A DNA stretch of 63,811 bases, filler included, from Octopus bimaculoides (Eukaryota), in assembly GCF_001194135.2 (NCBI RefSeq). It is 7 parts of 6 records of this genome, joined end to end, with 100 filler letters (N's around TTAATTAATTAA, not from the genome) between each part and the next. Parts side by side here need not be neighbours in the genome. Positions count along the whole stretch, not along the records: positions 1 to 15,043 come from NC_068998.1; 6 more parts are not named here. The stretch is one strand, 5' to 3'. The notes beneath the pieces were generated by a model, which worked only from the letters and a program-made list of their open reading frames with translations, searched no databases and was not told the origin of the DNA. How positions within the stretch are numbered: position 1 is the stretch's first letter; the number at the start of each line of letters is the position of its first letter. Position numbers and translations under genes: made by a program. Of the stretch, positions 1 to 12,337 are shown piece by piece.

Positions 1-24
1 TATATATATATATATATATATATG

Positions 25-194
25 TATACGACGGGCTTCTTTCAGTTTCCATCTATCAAATCCACTCACAAGGCTTTGGTCAGACCGAGGCTATAGCAGA
101 AGACACTTGCCCATCATGCCATGCAGTGGGACTGAACCTGGAACTTTGTGGTTGGGAAACAAGCTACTTACAACACAGCCACTCCTGTGCCTAT
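25..194 (-). mobile_element. SINE family A, 5' half
   Basis: tRNA-like head with A-box TGGCTGTGT.GTAAG, B-box GGTTCAGTCCC and a CTTGGGCAAGTG core; many copies in the window. Confidence 0.85.
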
Positions 195-282
195 TAACCA
201 TAATGACATACGAGTGGTTTGTCAGTGGGGATTCAGTCCACACAGTATCCAAGGTATCACTGGTACTCTATTAGTTATGACG

Positions 283-485
283 ATGAGGGATCCAGTTGAT
301 CCGATTGACAGAACAGCTTCCTCGTGACATTAACATGCAAGTGATTGATGACTCCAGATGCATGTACTCTTAATATTAAGAGTACATGCATCTGAGCAAG
401 ACACTTTATTTCATGTTGCTCCAGTCCACTCAGCTGGCAAAAATGAGTTGCACCTGTATTACAAAGGGCCAACCTTGTCATATTC
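283..485. mobile_element. Rearranged SINE family C copy (inverted 3' part joined to forward central part)
   Basis: 283-372 matches 10190-10283 (minus orientation); 395-485 matches 50780-50870 (plus orientation). Confidence 0.75.
355..394. repeat. Perfect 40-bp palindrome
   Basis: CAGATGCATGTACTCTTAATATTAAGAGTACATGCATCTG equals its own reverse complement. Confidence 0.97.
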
Positions 486-499
486 TGTTTCCCACTGAA

Positions 500-1027
500 T
501 CTCCCATATTCCCACACATCCTCAAACTCGACACAGAGGCCTACATCAAGTGCTTGGAGGAGGTAGTGCTGACCTGGGTCAAGAGGGTTGGTGCTGGGAG
601 ACCCTATGTCTGGTAACAGGACTCTACACCATGCCACACGAGCAGGAGAGCCCAGTCATGGCTGTCAGATAATTTTTGTGACTTCATCCCCTCAAACATC
701 TGGCCACCTAACTCCACAGACTGCAACCCCCTTGATTATTATGTGTGGGGTACAGTTGAGTGAAAGACCAACAAATCTCCTTGTAACACCAAAGTTGAAC
801 TGAAGGCAAGGATTATGGCAGCATTCACTAACTTAAACAAGGAGACCGTCCAGAAGAGATGTAGGAGATTCCAAAGTCGTCTGGAGGCTGTGGTTGAAGC
901 CAATGGCGATTTTATTGAATAAATTTACTCTTTAGTATTTCAAGATATTTTAATGTAATTTTGGTAAATATATCTGTTAAAATGAGGTGTTTGTGTTATT
1001 TTCATTTTTGCGTAATTTAGATGACAG
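500..1027 (+). mobile_element. 3' part of a Tc1/mariner DD37D (maT-type) transposon
   Basis: Frame 386-922 reads ...YIKCLEEVVLTWVKRVGAGRPYVW*QDSTPCH...WPPNSTDCNPLDYYVWG...EANGDFIE*. Exactly 37 residues lie between the second and third catalytic D. Two internal stops; truncated by a gap. Confidence 0.85.
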
Positions 1028-1450
1028 NNNNNNNNNNNNNNNNNNNNNNNNNNNNNNNNNNNNNNNNNNNNNNNNNNNNNNNNNNNNNNNNNNNNNNNNN
1101 NNNNNNNNNNNNNNNNNNNNNNNNNNNNNNNNNNNNNNNNNNNNNNNNNNNNNNNNNNNNNNNNNNNNNNNNNNNNNNNNNNNNNNNNNNNNNNNNNNNN
1201 NNNNNNNNNNNNNNNNNNNNNNNNNNNNNNNNNNNNNNNNNNNNNNNNNNNNNNNNNNNNNNNNNNNNNNNNNNNNNNNNNNNNNNNNNNNNNNNNNNNN
1301 NNNNNNNNNNNNNNNNNNNNNNNNNNNNNNNNNNNNNNNNNNNNNNNNNNNNNNNNNNNNNNNNNNNNNNNNNNNNNNNNNNNNNNNNNNNNNNNNNNNN
1401 NNNNNNNNNNNNNNNNNNNNNNNNNNNNNTATATATATATATACATACAT

Positions 1451-1624
1451 ATATATAATTTAGAGAAAAGAACCAAAGTTTATGAATTCATCCATGAAAA
1501 TCCACAGTCACATATAGAAAAATTAATAAGTAAATATACTAAAAAGAATTATAATAAAATACAAAATAAAAATCATAAAATAATAATAATATTTATTATT
1601 GGTTCTTTTCTCTAAATTATATAT
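1451..1624. mobile_element. Small MITE-like element in (TA)n context
   Basis: Perfect 26-bp inverted repeat atatataatttagagaaaagaaccaa (1451-1476, 1599-1624) around a 122-bp AT-rich spacer. Confidence 0.55.
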
Positions 1625-1782
1625 TTATATATTATATACTTTGAAATTTAATTGGTCGCTTTCACTGAGCCACTAAAGTGCAGGGTACTTAAACAAACCA
1701 ACCCAGTTGTCAAGCACTGAGTGAGGAACAAACACAAATGCCACGATACACACGCACACACACACACACACATGTGTATGTA

Positions 1783-1820
<38 letters not shown>

Positions 1821-2745
1821 TGCGTGTGCTTGTATTTGTTTCTCATTGTCTTGACATTGCACAATAGCTGTAAATAAGTGTTGCTGTCATACAATCAGCA
1901 TCATTCATTTTGTGCCCACAAAAACATATTCAGCAATGGGGCAATATTACCATACTTAGAAACAGATAAGGGTTGGTGACAAGAAGAGCATCCAGCCATA
2001 GAAATTCTGTTTTTTTTTTTTTTTCAAAAAATTCCATCTAACCCATGCAGGCATAGAAAAGTGAATGTTAAAACAACANNNNNNNNNNNNNNNNNNNNNN
2101 NNNNNNNNNNNNNNNNNNNNNNNNNNNNNNNNNNNNNNNNNNNNNNNNNNNNNNNNNNNNNNNNNNNNNNNNNNNNNNNNNNNNNNNNNNNNNNNNNNNN
2201 NNNNNNNNNNNNNNNNNNNNNNNNNNNNNNNNNNNNNNNNNNNNNNNNNNNNNNNNNNNNNNNNNNNNNNNNNNNNNNNNNNNNNNNNNNNNNNNNNNNN
2301 NNNNNNNNNNNNNNNNNNNNNNNNNNNNNNNNNNNNNNNNNNNNNNNNNNNNNNNNNNNNNNNNNNNNNNNNNNNNNNNNNNNNNNNNNNNNNNNNNNNN
2401 NNNNNNNNNNNNNNNNNNNNNNNNNNNNNNNNNNNNNNNNNNNNNNNNNNNNNNNNNNNNNNNNNNNNNNNNNNNNNNNNNNNNNNNNNNNNNNNNNNNN
2501 NNNNNNNNNNNNNNNNNNNNNNNNNNNNNNNNNNNNNNNNNNNNNNNNNNNNNNNNNNNNNNNNNNNNNNNNNNNNNNNNNNNNNNNNNNNNNNNNNNNN
2601 NNNNNNNNNNNNNNNNNNNNNNNNNNNNNNNNNNNNNNNNNNNNNNNNNNNNNNNNNNNNNNNNNNNNNNNNNNNNNNNNNNNNNNNNNNNNNNNNNNNN
2701 NNNNNNNNNNNNNNNNNNNNNNNNNNNNNNNNNNNNNNNNNNNNN

Positions 2746-2776
<31 letters not shown>

Positions 2777-3615
2777 AAAGGAATGGACTTCTACATAGAT
2801 TCTAACTTTCTTTCCTAATTTACTGACAAAGTATTGATCAAGCTGGGACATTCTTTGTATGTGGATGTGCATGTAGCTAAGTTAGTATGTGTGTGTGTGT
2901 GTGTGCACGTGCGCACATGCACACACATGAAATTCCATTATAATGAATACCAATATAATGAATTTTTTTGATATAGCAAAATTTGCTTCAATCCCCTGCC
3001 ATAAGCATAACGGAACAGTGCTAAAAAAAAAACAAAATCTTATTATATAAATTCGTTACATTGAATATTTCAATACAACAGAACAAAATTTAACAATAAG
3101 CCGCCAAAATTTCTCAATACAATGATAAATACAATGTATGCGTGTGTGTATATGTGTGTGTTGTGCATAATATTTTTGGTAAACTCTTTTGATTTTTATG
3201 CAACAGAAATCAGATATATTCACTCAAAATTTCATTGCCTCTTAACAGTAGAAAGCAGTTTTATATACCAGTCTGCCTTTTGTTGAAGAAATGTTATGTT
3301 TGATACCATTGTTTGTTGAGATATTTCAAGTGTATTGTGGCAACGTGACTTGCAGAAATTAGCAAATGTATTTTTTTGGTGGTAGATATTTCACATCATT
3401 CCTGGAATAACTATTAAATTTAGTTTTACAGTTAAAGGGTTTAAACCAGACATATTGTTATATAGAATGTTGACTGGCGACATGGCCTGCACAATGGCTA
3501 AAAGTGCAGCCACATTCACCATGAGTAAAACAGTCTTGGACGGCATACAATGAGTGCACTAAATATAAACTTGTCTGTATATTCTATTACAGAAAATTAA
3601 ACCTCCTCATACCTC

Positions 3616-4191
3616 ATAGGTGCAGACAGGACTATGGGGTAAGAAGCTTGCTTCCATACCCCATGGATCTGAGTTCAGTCGCACTGCATGGCATCTTGAG
3701 CAAGTATCTTCTGTTATAGCCTCAGGCAGACCAAAGCCTTGTGAGTGGATTTGGTAGACGGAAACTGAAAGAAGCCCGCCGTATATAAATATATGTATAT
3801 ATGTGTGTGTGTGTTTGTGTGTCTGTGTTTGCACCCCCCCCCCCCCNNNNNNNNNNNNNNNNNNNNNNNNNNNNNNNNNNNNNNNNNNNNNNNNNNNNNN
3901 NNNNNNNNNNNNNNNNNNNNNNNNNNNNNNNNNNNNNNNNNNNNNNNNNNNNNNNNNNNNNNNNNNNNNNNNNNNNNNNNNNNNNNNNNNNNNNNNNNNN
4001 NNNNNNNNNNNNNNNNNNNNNNNNNNNNNNNNNNNNNNNNNNNNNNNNNNNNNNNNNNNNNCCCCCCCCCGCCATCACTTGACAACTGATGCTGGTATGC
4101 TTACGTTCCCACAACTTAGAGGGATCGATTTGTTCGACTAAAGGCGGTGCTCCAGTATGGCCGCAGTCAAATGACTGAAACAAATAAAAGA
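3616..4191 (+). mobile_element. SINE family A copy (gap inside the internal microsatellite)
   Basis: Head, AAAGCCTTGTGAGTGGATTTGG core, and 3' GCGGTGCTCCAG..GGCCGCAGTCAAATGACTGAAAC tail. Confidence 0.85.
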
Positions 4192-5384
4192 GTAAGGGTG
4201 TCTGACAGAGGTGCATACCCCAGGTGTGCCAGGTTTGTGCTGCACACCCATCGAAAATGAAAAATTCATTATAGATATTAAACTTGCTCATTAATTTAAT
4301 CACAAATCTTAATGGAAAACATTAGTTATACCCCTGCTTGAAATATGGTGGCATTGGGGGAGGCGACGCACCCTAATGCAACAACCAACATATGGGGTCT
4401 GTACATGTGTTAGAAACACAAACATTTCAATGGTCAGGTCTCTTTTGACTTCTATCTTTTACCTTTTACTTGTTGAACTGTTTGGACTCTGGCCATGCTG
4501 GGGCACGGCTTTTAAGGGCTAAGTCGAACAATATGGTGCCAGCCTGGTATTTATGTTATCAGTCTCTTTATACCAAACTGTTAGGTAACAGGGATGTAAA
4601 CAAACAAACACTGGTTGTCAAATAGTGGTGGGGCAAACACACACACCAGTTGCAAAACAATTACATTGATAGATGAGTAATTGTTATACAGCCTCATCAT
4701 CATCATCCTCATCATCATCATCGTCACGCATGCTCACTTAAAAAGGATTGCTACTTGTCAAAATCCTCCATACACATGCCATGTATAAACATGCACAAAC
4801 TACCATTTATGCACACAAATACCCAACCCCCTCCACACACACACACAATGTATTATACGCAAACATATACCATAGGACCCACAAATTATATTACACCCTA
4901 TAACCATTATATACATGCACATCAATAATATCAATATTAAGCAATAAGACACAGTTTCACATCAATTCACAAAATCACTGAGCACATTTGTGTGTGTATG
5001 TATATGTGTATGTGTGTATGTGTGCATGTACATACATGTGTATCTGTGCATGCAGGTGTGCACACAATTAAATATGCTAGATCCAACTGTGACCTTTACC
5101 TTTTGATTTAAATCTGTCGAATCCCCTTCCATATGATAAGTATTTCAGTACACAAAATAAAACGACTTTCACAATTAATTTTCCCAGTTGCTCTTTATAA
5201 TCTTTAACAATATCTCGTTACTATCCAAACTCTAATGATGCCACATATTTTTCAGCTCCTTAACATTTATCTCATCAACTCAACAGAAATGTCAATACTA
5301 GTTAACACAATAGAAATATCAATACTAGTTAACACAATAGAAATATATTATCTTAAAGCTAAGAGATAAATTCCACCAAATTAT

Positions 5385-5995
5385 TACCTGTTTCTATAAT
5401 AGTATGGTCAGCACCTAAATTATAGAGTGATAGTGGGTGGAAAGCACAAGGAATTCTTTATTTATGATTCTAAGATAAGATTTTGGATTGCTAGTTTGGG
5501 CCATTTCTCTTAATTTAAATCATCGTACCATTCTTTCTGACTGAGACAGTTTACACCACTCACTCGAAATGTTTCTTCACATGTTTTGAAATGTGATTGA
5601 AGAGAATCAAAAGACCCAGTCTTCAACAGTGCAGCAGTGTTTCACGTTTTTAGAGCTGTGTATAATTATCTATAGATATTTACTGCACTTATAATATTTA
5701 CCTGGGAAAAAACAGTGAGCTGGCAGGATTTCTACCAAATAATTGTTTGTTTCTCTAATAGTATTATTAGTAACCAAATTGTAAAGTGGTAATGGATGGA
5801 AAACACATGGAATTCTGTATTTATGATTTTAAGATAATAAGATTTTGGGTTGCCAGTTTGGGCCATTTCTCTTAATTTAAATCATCGTACCATTCTTTGT
5901 GACTGAGACAACCCTAACCCTAACCACTCACTCAAACTGTTTCTTCACATGCCAAGAAATGTGATTCAAAAGAATCAAAAGACCCAGTCTTCAGT
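5385..5995. repeat. Local direct duplication of about 250 bp (offset about 362 bp)
   Basis: 44-bp identical core at 5493-5536 and 5855-5898; the flanks are alignable but diverged. Confidence 0.9.
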
Positions 5996-6002
5996 GGTAC
6001 AA

Positions 6003-6225
6003 CACTTTCTGCTAAAGGCATGAGGCCTGAAATTTTGGGTGAGTGAGTAAATTGATCACATAAACCCCAGTGTTTCACTGGTACTTAATTTATCGACCCT
6101 GAAAGGATGAAAGGCAAAGCTAACCATAGTGGAATTTGAACTCAGAACGTAGATATGGACAAAGTGCTGCTAAGCATTTTGCCCAGCATGCTACTGGTTC
6201 TGCCAGATTGCTGTCTTACGGTGGT
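6003..6225 (-). mobile_element. SINE family B copy
   Basis: GGTACTTAATTTATCGACCC.GAAAGGATGAAAGGCAAAG...GGAATTTGAACTCAGAACG, the reverse complement of a tRNA-like head with B-box GTTCAAATTCC. Confidence 0.85.
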
Positions 6226-6241
6226 GTAATAATACTCATAT

Positions 6242-6455
6242 CGCAAGCTGGCAAAAACGTTAGCATGCTGGACAAAATGCTTAGTGGTACTTCGTCTGTC
6301 TTTACATTCTGAGTTCAAATTCTGCTGATGTTGACTTTGTCTTTCATCCTTTCAGACTCAATAAATTAAGTACCAGTTGGGTGCTGTCATCGATCTAATT
6401 GACTGTCCTCTTCCCAAAAAATCTCAGGCGTTGTGCCTAGAGTAGAAAAGAATTA
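6242..6455 (+). mobile_element. SINE family B copy
   Basis: GCTGGCAAAAACGTTAGCATG...GAGTTCAAATTC...AAATTAAGTACCAG...TTGTGCCTAGAGTAGAAA. Confidence 0.85.
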
Positions 6456-6885
6456 TACCTAAATGTAGTTATCTCATATTAATGTTGACTGCATCCCTGC
6501 TTACAGCTGTCTGAGCAGAGATGGCTACCTGTAAGTGCAAGAGCCCTGGGAGTCAAAGAGGTTGTTCCAACATATTTCCCTTACCATCTTCCCTTTTCCA
6601 ATTTGTCCACATGAACCATGAAGCAGACTGAGAATTCTTTTTAGTTATAGCTGTTGAATCTCTTAGGACTACAAACAAAAAGAAAATGTTCTAATATTTA
6701 CATGCAAGTGTAAAATTCTAATGTGTTCCTATAGATATGTATGTATATTATGACATCTCTGTGCATGTGCTTATATATATATATANNNNNNNNNNNNNNN
6801 NNNNNNNNNNNNNNNNNNNNNNNNNNNNNNNNNNNNNNNNNNNNNNNNNNNNNNNNNNNNNNNNNNNNNNNNNNNNNNNNNNNNN

Positions 6886-6992
6886 GTAAGCCTAGTACTT
6901 ATTCTAGCGGTCTCTTTTGCCAAACCGCTAAGTTACGGGGACGTAAACACACCAGCATTGGTTGTCAAGCGATGTTGGAGGGACAAACATAT

Positions 6993-7045
<53 letters not shown>

Positions 7046-7213
7046 TACGATGGGCTTCTTTTGGTTTCCGTCTACTAAATCTACTCACAAGGCTTTGGTC
7101 AGCCTGAGGCTATAGTAGAAGACACTTGCCCAAGGTGCCATGCAATGGGACTGAACCCGGAACCATGTGGTTGGTAAGCAAGCTACTTACCACACAGCCA
7201 CTCCTACGCCTAT
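6886..7213 (-). mobile_element. SINE family A copy
   Basis: Reverse complement of the same head, core and tail. Confidence 0.9.
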
Positions 7214-7235
7214 AGCTATCTATACACACACACAC

Positions 7236-7269
<34 letters not shown>

Positions 7270-8831
7270 CTGTCAACATATTTATGTATGCATTTATCTG
7301 TCCGTGAAGGTTATTGTATGTTTGAATTCAATAAAGTAACTACGTTGAGATAGTGTCATTATAAACAGTAAAAGCATGCATGCACTGTTAAATTTACTTC
7401 TATTTTGTAATAACATTATATGTTATGGGAACAAAAAAAGTCATTCATTGTACTTTTATATCCTGGTCACTGAGGCTTCACTGTATCTGTTAGAGGGCCT
7501 ATGTACGTCTATGACCTGCTTACATGATATTGTAATTTATTGTATTGTTTAGTTTGTATATGGGTTTAAATGTATATGGGTTTACATACTTGTCTTATCC
7601 TCTCTTTTATTTTGTGGATGTTTTGCTAGATCAAGAATATAAGAATATTCTGTATTATTCATATAATTCCAACTTCCTGAGTCTGATTCTATGCTCTTCC
7701 AGAATAAATAAAATGTTTACAAAATTGCTTGTAATAGTTTTCTATATTGTTTACTTGAAAAATATTAATCTCTAGTAGATGTATAAAGACCCGAAATGTG
7801 GAAGAAAAGAATTTCGTTCTCAGAACATGAAGGGACGTAACTAGATATTGAAAAATCGTTTCCCCCGTCATCGGTCTTAGAAAAATCTGCATAATTTGAA
7901 AATAACGTATTGTACTTTAAAATTTTAACCAGGAAGAGTTGTTTCCCTTGAAACTCTTTTATCGAGAATTACTTCCCATTGACCATATTAGGTTAGTGTT
8001 ATTGTTCAACTGGTGAACGATGGAAGGATTACGTTTAAAAGCTTAAGTCCGTGCAGCATATAATGAACCCAAGGTAATGCATGATAGTCACTCAATCTCG
8101 TTCTTTGCTTCTTTATAACTGATAGCGTTGTGGGTTAAATGATAGCAAAAAAGAAAAACATAGATATGAAGAATAGTGATTTGTTTTACAAATATTAACT
8201 TTATATTCATAATTTTTTTTTTTTTTTTTTGGTTTAATGGTTTTATTTTTCATTAATTTCATTGAATTTAATAGAGAGATAATTAAGTAACGTATTATGA
8301 CTNNNNNNNNNNNNNNNNNNNNNNNNNNNNNNNNNNNNNNNNNNNNNNNNNNNNNNNNNNNNNNNNNNNNNNNNNNNNNNNNNNNNNNNNNNNNNNNNNN
8401 NNNNNNNNNNNNNNNNNNNNNNNNNNNNNNNNNNNNNNNNNNNNNNNNNNNNNNNNNNNNNNNNNNNNNNNNNNNNNNNNNNNNNNNNNNNNNNNNNNNN
8501 NNNNNNNNNNNNNNNNNNNNNNNNNNNNTATATATATATATATATATATATATTCACACCAACACACAAATGTACATACATGGAATCGCACATACATACA
8601 AATTTCACATACGTACACGTATCTATGCACACATGTTGTCATTTAGTTTTATCCCCAGATTTCTTCCCAGTAGACAAAGAGCCAGTTTCTAACCGAGATT
8701 CAACGCTCCTTGACTGGAATTTAAACAATATCAGCAGAGTATTTTTGTATGTCTATGTGTATACGGTGGTCCAAAGTCTTTGTCACTCCTCTATCGAAAA
8801 TTACTAAAAACAATAGAGGAACAATATGATA

Positions 8832-9048
8832 ATCTTTTTTACTCAATGCACAACGCCCAAAATTTGTGGGGAGGGCGCCAGTCGGTTATATCGACTCCAG
8901 TATGCAACTGGTACTTAATTTATTGACTCCAAATGGATAAAAGGCAAAGTTAACCTCAGCGGAATTTAAACTCAGAACGTAAAGACAGATGAAATGCCGC
9001 TAAGCATTTCGCTCAGCGTGCTAACGTTTCTGCCAGTTTGCCACCTTA
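8832..9048 (-). mobile_element. SINE family B copy
   Basis: Same diagnostic motifs. Confidence 0.85.
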
Positions 9049-9287
9049 GGAGCACTATAATAATATCAAACACATTTACTGGTTTTAGTATATACAATTT
9101 CATTGACATGTATGCCATAAGGTCTGCAAATTTAACAGAGGTCTGAAAAGACATTTCAAGCTCCACAAAGATCAGAACTGAACTGCAGCTAATGGTGGAC
9201 CAGATCGTATATGCAATCTAAGTGGGTGTCTTTTCAATATATCGTCTGGTTTAAAAAGCCAGATCAGATGCCATGGTGGATCTAAGG

Positions 9288-9440
9288 CATAGGTTCTCAA
9301 AGTGGGCACTACCGCCCCCTGGCGGGCATTGAGACGGTCCAGGTGGGCGTGGTGCCTAAGGCAGTGGCAGGAGTGGGGACGGTAGAGAAAAAAAGAGGCG
9401 TTGGGAGGAAAGCAGTGGATTAGGGGATGCTGTGAATTTA
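9288..9440 (+). mobile_element. Probable hAT (Charlie-like) transposon end
   Basis: CATAGGTTCTCAAAGTGG terminus preceded by ATCTAAGG (resembling the NTCTAGAN target) and a GC-rich subterminal region. The other end was not found. Confidence 0.45.
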
Positions 9441-10154
9441 TTATCATAAATCATTTCAGGAGAAAATAACGAGCATTTTCATGGTAGAGTTGTTTCCCTT
9501 TGATCATAAATTTTCATCGCTTTCAGAAACTCTTAATATATAACGGTTCTTTTAATTTCTTTTATAAACGTCTATAGGAAACGCATGATTATCATCACCT
9601 CTCAGACTTTCACATTTTATTTACAAAGGTTCTTGTATCCTGTTGAAATATATATATCAATATAATTGTGTTTAGAATCTTATTTTTGTTTCATAATCTA
9701 TTTAATTTATTGTTGTTGCATTATTTAACCTCAATTTGGGTTTAGAATTATCTTTAATATCTTAGAGGTCGAATAACTTCAACCGCGACCATTTTTCAGG
9801 GAATCTGTCAACAATATTAATAAAGAAAGGAACTTATCTTGAGACCACGGTCACAGCTTCGTGCAAGACCCAACAATCGTTGAACTAGATAAGGGATTAA
9901 TTAGCTCTCCGTAGACCCATAATCAAATGCGTCCCATCATGACAATAACATCATTTGATTGAGCATGACGTACCTAGGAGTAGATTATCCAATGTGTCCT
10001 GATTTTAAATTTGTGTCTTGCAGTAGATTTGATAATTTCTAGCTTGAGGTTCCCGCCTTGGTTTATGCATTAATGGTCCAGACGGAGACATAGATTTAAG
10101 CTGCGTGACTTGTGAGCTTCTACTGTATTATTATTATCATTAAACTTATCATTA

Positions 10155-10451
10155 TTCGTTGTTGTTGTTGGCCCTCCGTCGCTTACGACGTCGAGGGTTC
10201 CAGTCGATCCGATCAACGGAACAGCCTGCTCGTGAAATTAACGTGCAAGTGGCTGAGCACTCCACAGACACGTGTACCCTTAACGTAGTTCTCGGGGGAT
10301 ATTCAGCGTGACACAGTGTGTGACAAGGCTGACCCTTTGAATTACAGGCACAACAGAAACAGGGAGAAAGATTGAGAGAAAGTTGTGGTGAAAGAGTACA
10401 GCAAGGTTCGCCACAATCCCCTGCCGGAGCCTTGTGGAGCTTTTCTTGCTC
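10155..10451 (-). mobile_element. SINE family C copy
   Basis: Reverse complement of GTGGAGTGCTCAGCCACTTGCACGTTAATTTCACGAGCAGGCTGTTCCGTTGATCGGATC, shared with 24437 and 50705. Confidence 0.85.
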
Positions 10452-11235
10452 TTCTGTCTGTTCTCCGCGATCAACAACTTCAGATTCTATGATTCTCTCC
10501 ATCGTCCTTCCAACACACATAAACTACATCATTCAACTGCTTCCTTTTCAACTCAGCAAGCATCATCCATTCCTGTGACACATCCATCCTAGTTTCGTTA
10601 TATCGCTTTCCCCAGTACACACTTCAGCAGACATCTTTAATGCCCACCTGTTTGTTTAATCTCACAGATGTTTATTCAGCCTCTTATGCCCTATAACATT
10701 AAAAATACAGTAGATTATGTTTGTTTCCTCTTGCCAACCATCACAGATATTCAAAATTCTAAATCTTAAACCTCACATCACACATTACGCCTTAACTCTC
10801 ATTCAAACTTTATGCGTCAGCTACTGCCTTCCATAGTAAACCCTTCACTCAAACTTTATGCGTCAGCTTCTGTCTTCCATAATAAACCGCTCACTCAGCT
10901 CTTTTGTGTATTCTCACTGACGCAAATTAACATAACATATCCAAACGATCATATTTGATTCTTTACTCGCTATCATCCACAAACCTTCTCTCTTCAGTAT
11001 CTAATATCTCTCTTTCAAGCAACATCACATTTAAGACACATACTTCTTGCACACGGCTTACTGCAGGAAAACGATGATTGACAACAGGGGAGGAAACTCT
11101 CTGACTTTCTGCAATTCATTTCTTACTCTAACGACTTCGGTCGTTTTACAGCCAACTCCCACACTGTTAAGATCATGGCAGCGACAAAAATTGCATGCAT
11201 GCATGTGTGCGTGCGTGTGTGTAATCATATATGTA

Positions 11236-11268
<33 letters not shown>

Positions 11269-12114
11269 CAGAAAGTGTGTCAATAGCCAGCTAGAGGAGG
11301 TGTTCTCCTGGGGCTACAAGCTTCCACCCTTAGTGGTTAGCCACATTTAAGTGGCGAATATACTTCGTTGTCGTGCAGCTATTGTTTATACCTCGTTCAG
11401 AGATTTATTATTGCTTATATATATATATATATATATATNNNNNNNNNNNNNNNNNNNNNNNNNNNNNNNNNNNNNNNNNNNNNNNNNNNNNNNNNNNNNN
11501 NNNNNNNNNNNNNNNNNNNNNNNNNNNNNNNNNNNNNNNNNNNNNNNNNNNNNNNNNNNNNNNNNNNNNNNNNNNNNNNNNNNNNNNNNNNNNNNNNNNN
11601 NNNNNNNNNNNNNNNNNNNNNNNNNNNNNNNNNNNNNNNNNNNNNNNNNNNNNNNNNNNNNNNNNNNNNNNNNNNNNNNNNNNNNNNNNNNNNNNNNNNN
11701 NNNNNNNNNNNNNNNNTATATATATATATATATATATATATATGTAAATATATATATAAATATATGTATATCTATCTATATGTGTGTGTGTGTGTGTGTG
11801 TTTGAGTGAGTGTAAAATTCATTCAAAGTTTTGAACAAGACCAAAAACTTTGAGGAGAGGGTGCAAGTCGATGATTACATCAACTCCAGTATTTGACTGC
11901 AAGAAGAAAGGCTAAATTGACCTTGGCAGTATTTGAACCCAGAACGTAAAGGGGCAGAAGAAATGACACTAAGCGTTTTGTCAGGTGCACTCATGTGACA
12001 CATACTCACACACACACACACACACACACACTTATATAGTAAGCTCCAGTGTGAGGTACCAAAGTATTTGCAGTGTGCACCTATGTATATCTCTGTCTAC
12101 ATATATGAATGATT

Positions 12115-12279
12115 TGGCTGTGTGGTAAGTAGCTTGCTTACCAATCACATGGTTCCGGGTTCAGTCCCACTGTGTGGCACCTTGGGCAAGAGTTTCCTAC
12201 TATAGTCTCAGGCTAACCAAAGCCTTGTGAGCGGATTTGGTAGACAGAAACTAAAAGAAGCCTGTTGTATATATATATG

Positions 12280-12337
<58 letters not shown>

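Noticed and set aside
7770-7890. Possible terminal exon (FSKTDDGGNDFSISSYVP...) on the minus strand
   Set aside because: Only a modest acceptor and 40 codons; expected by chance in a window this size.
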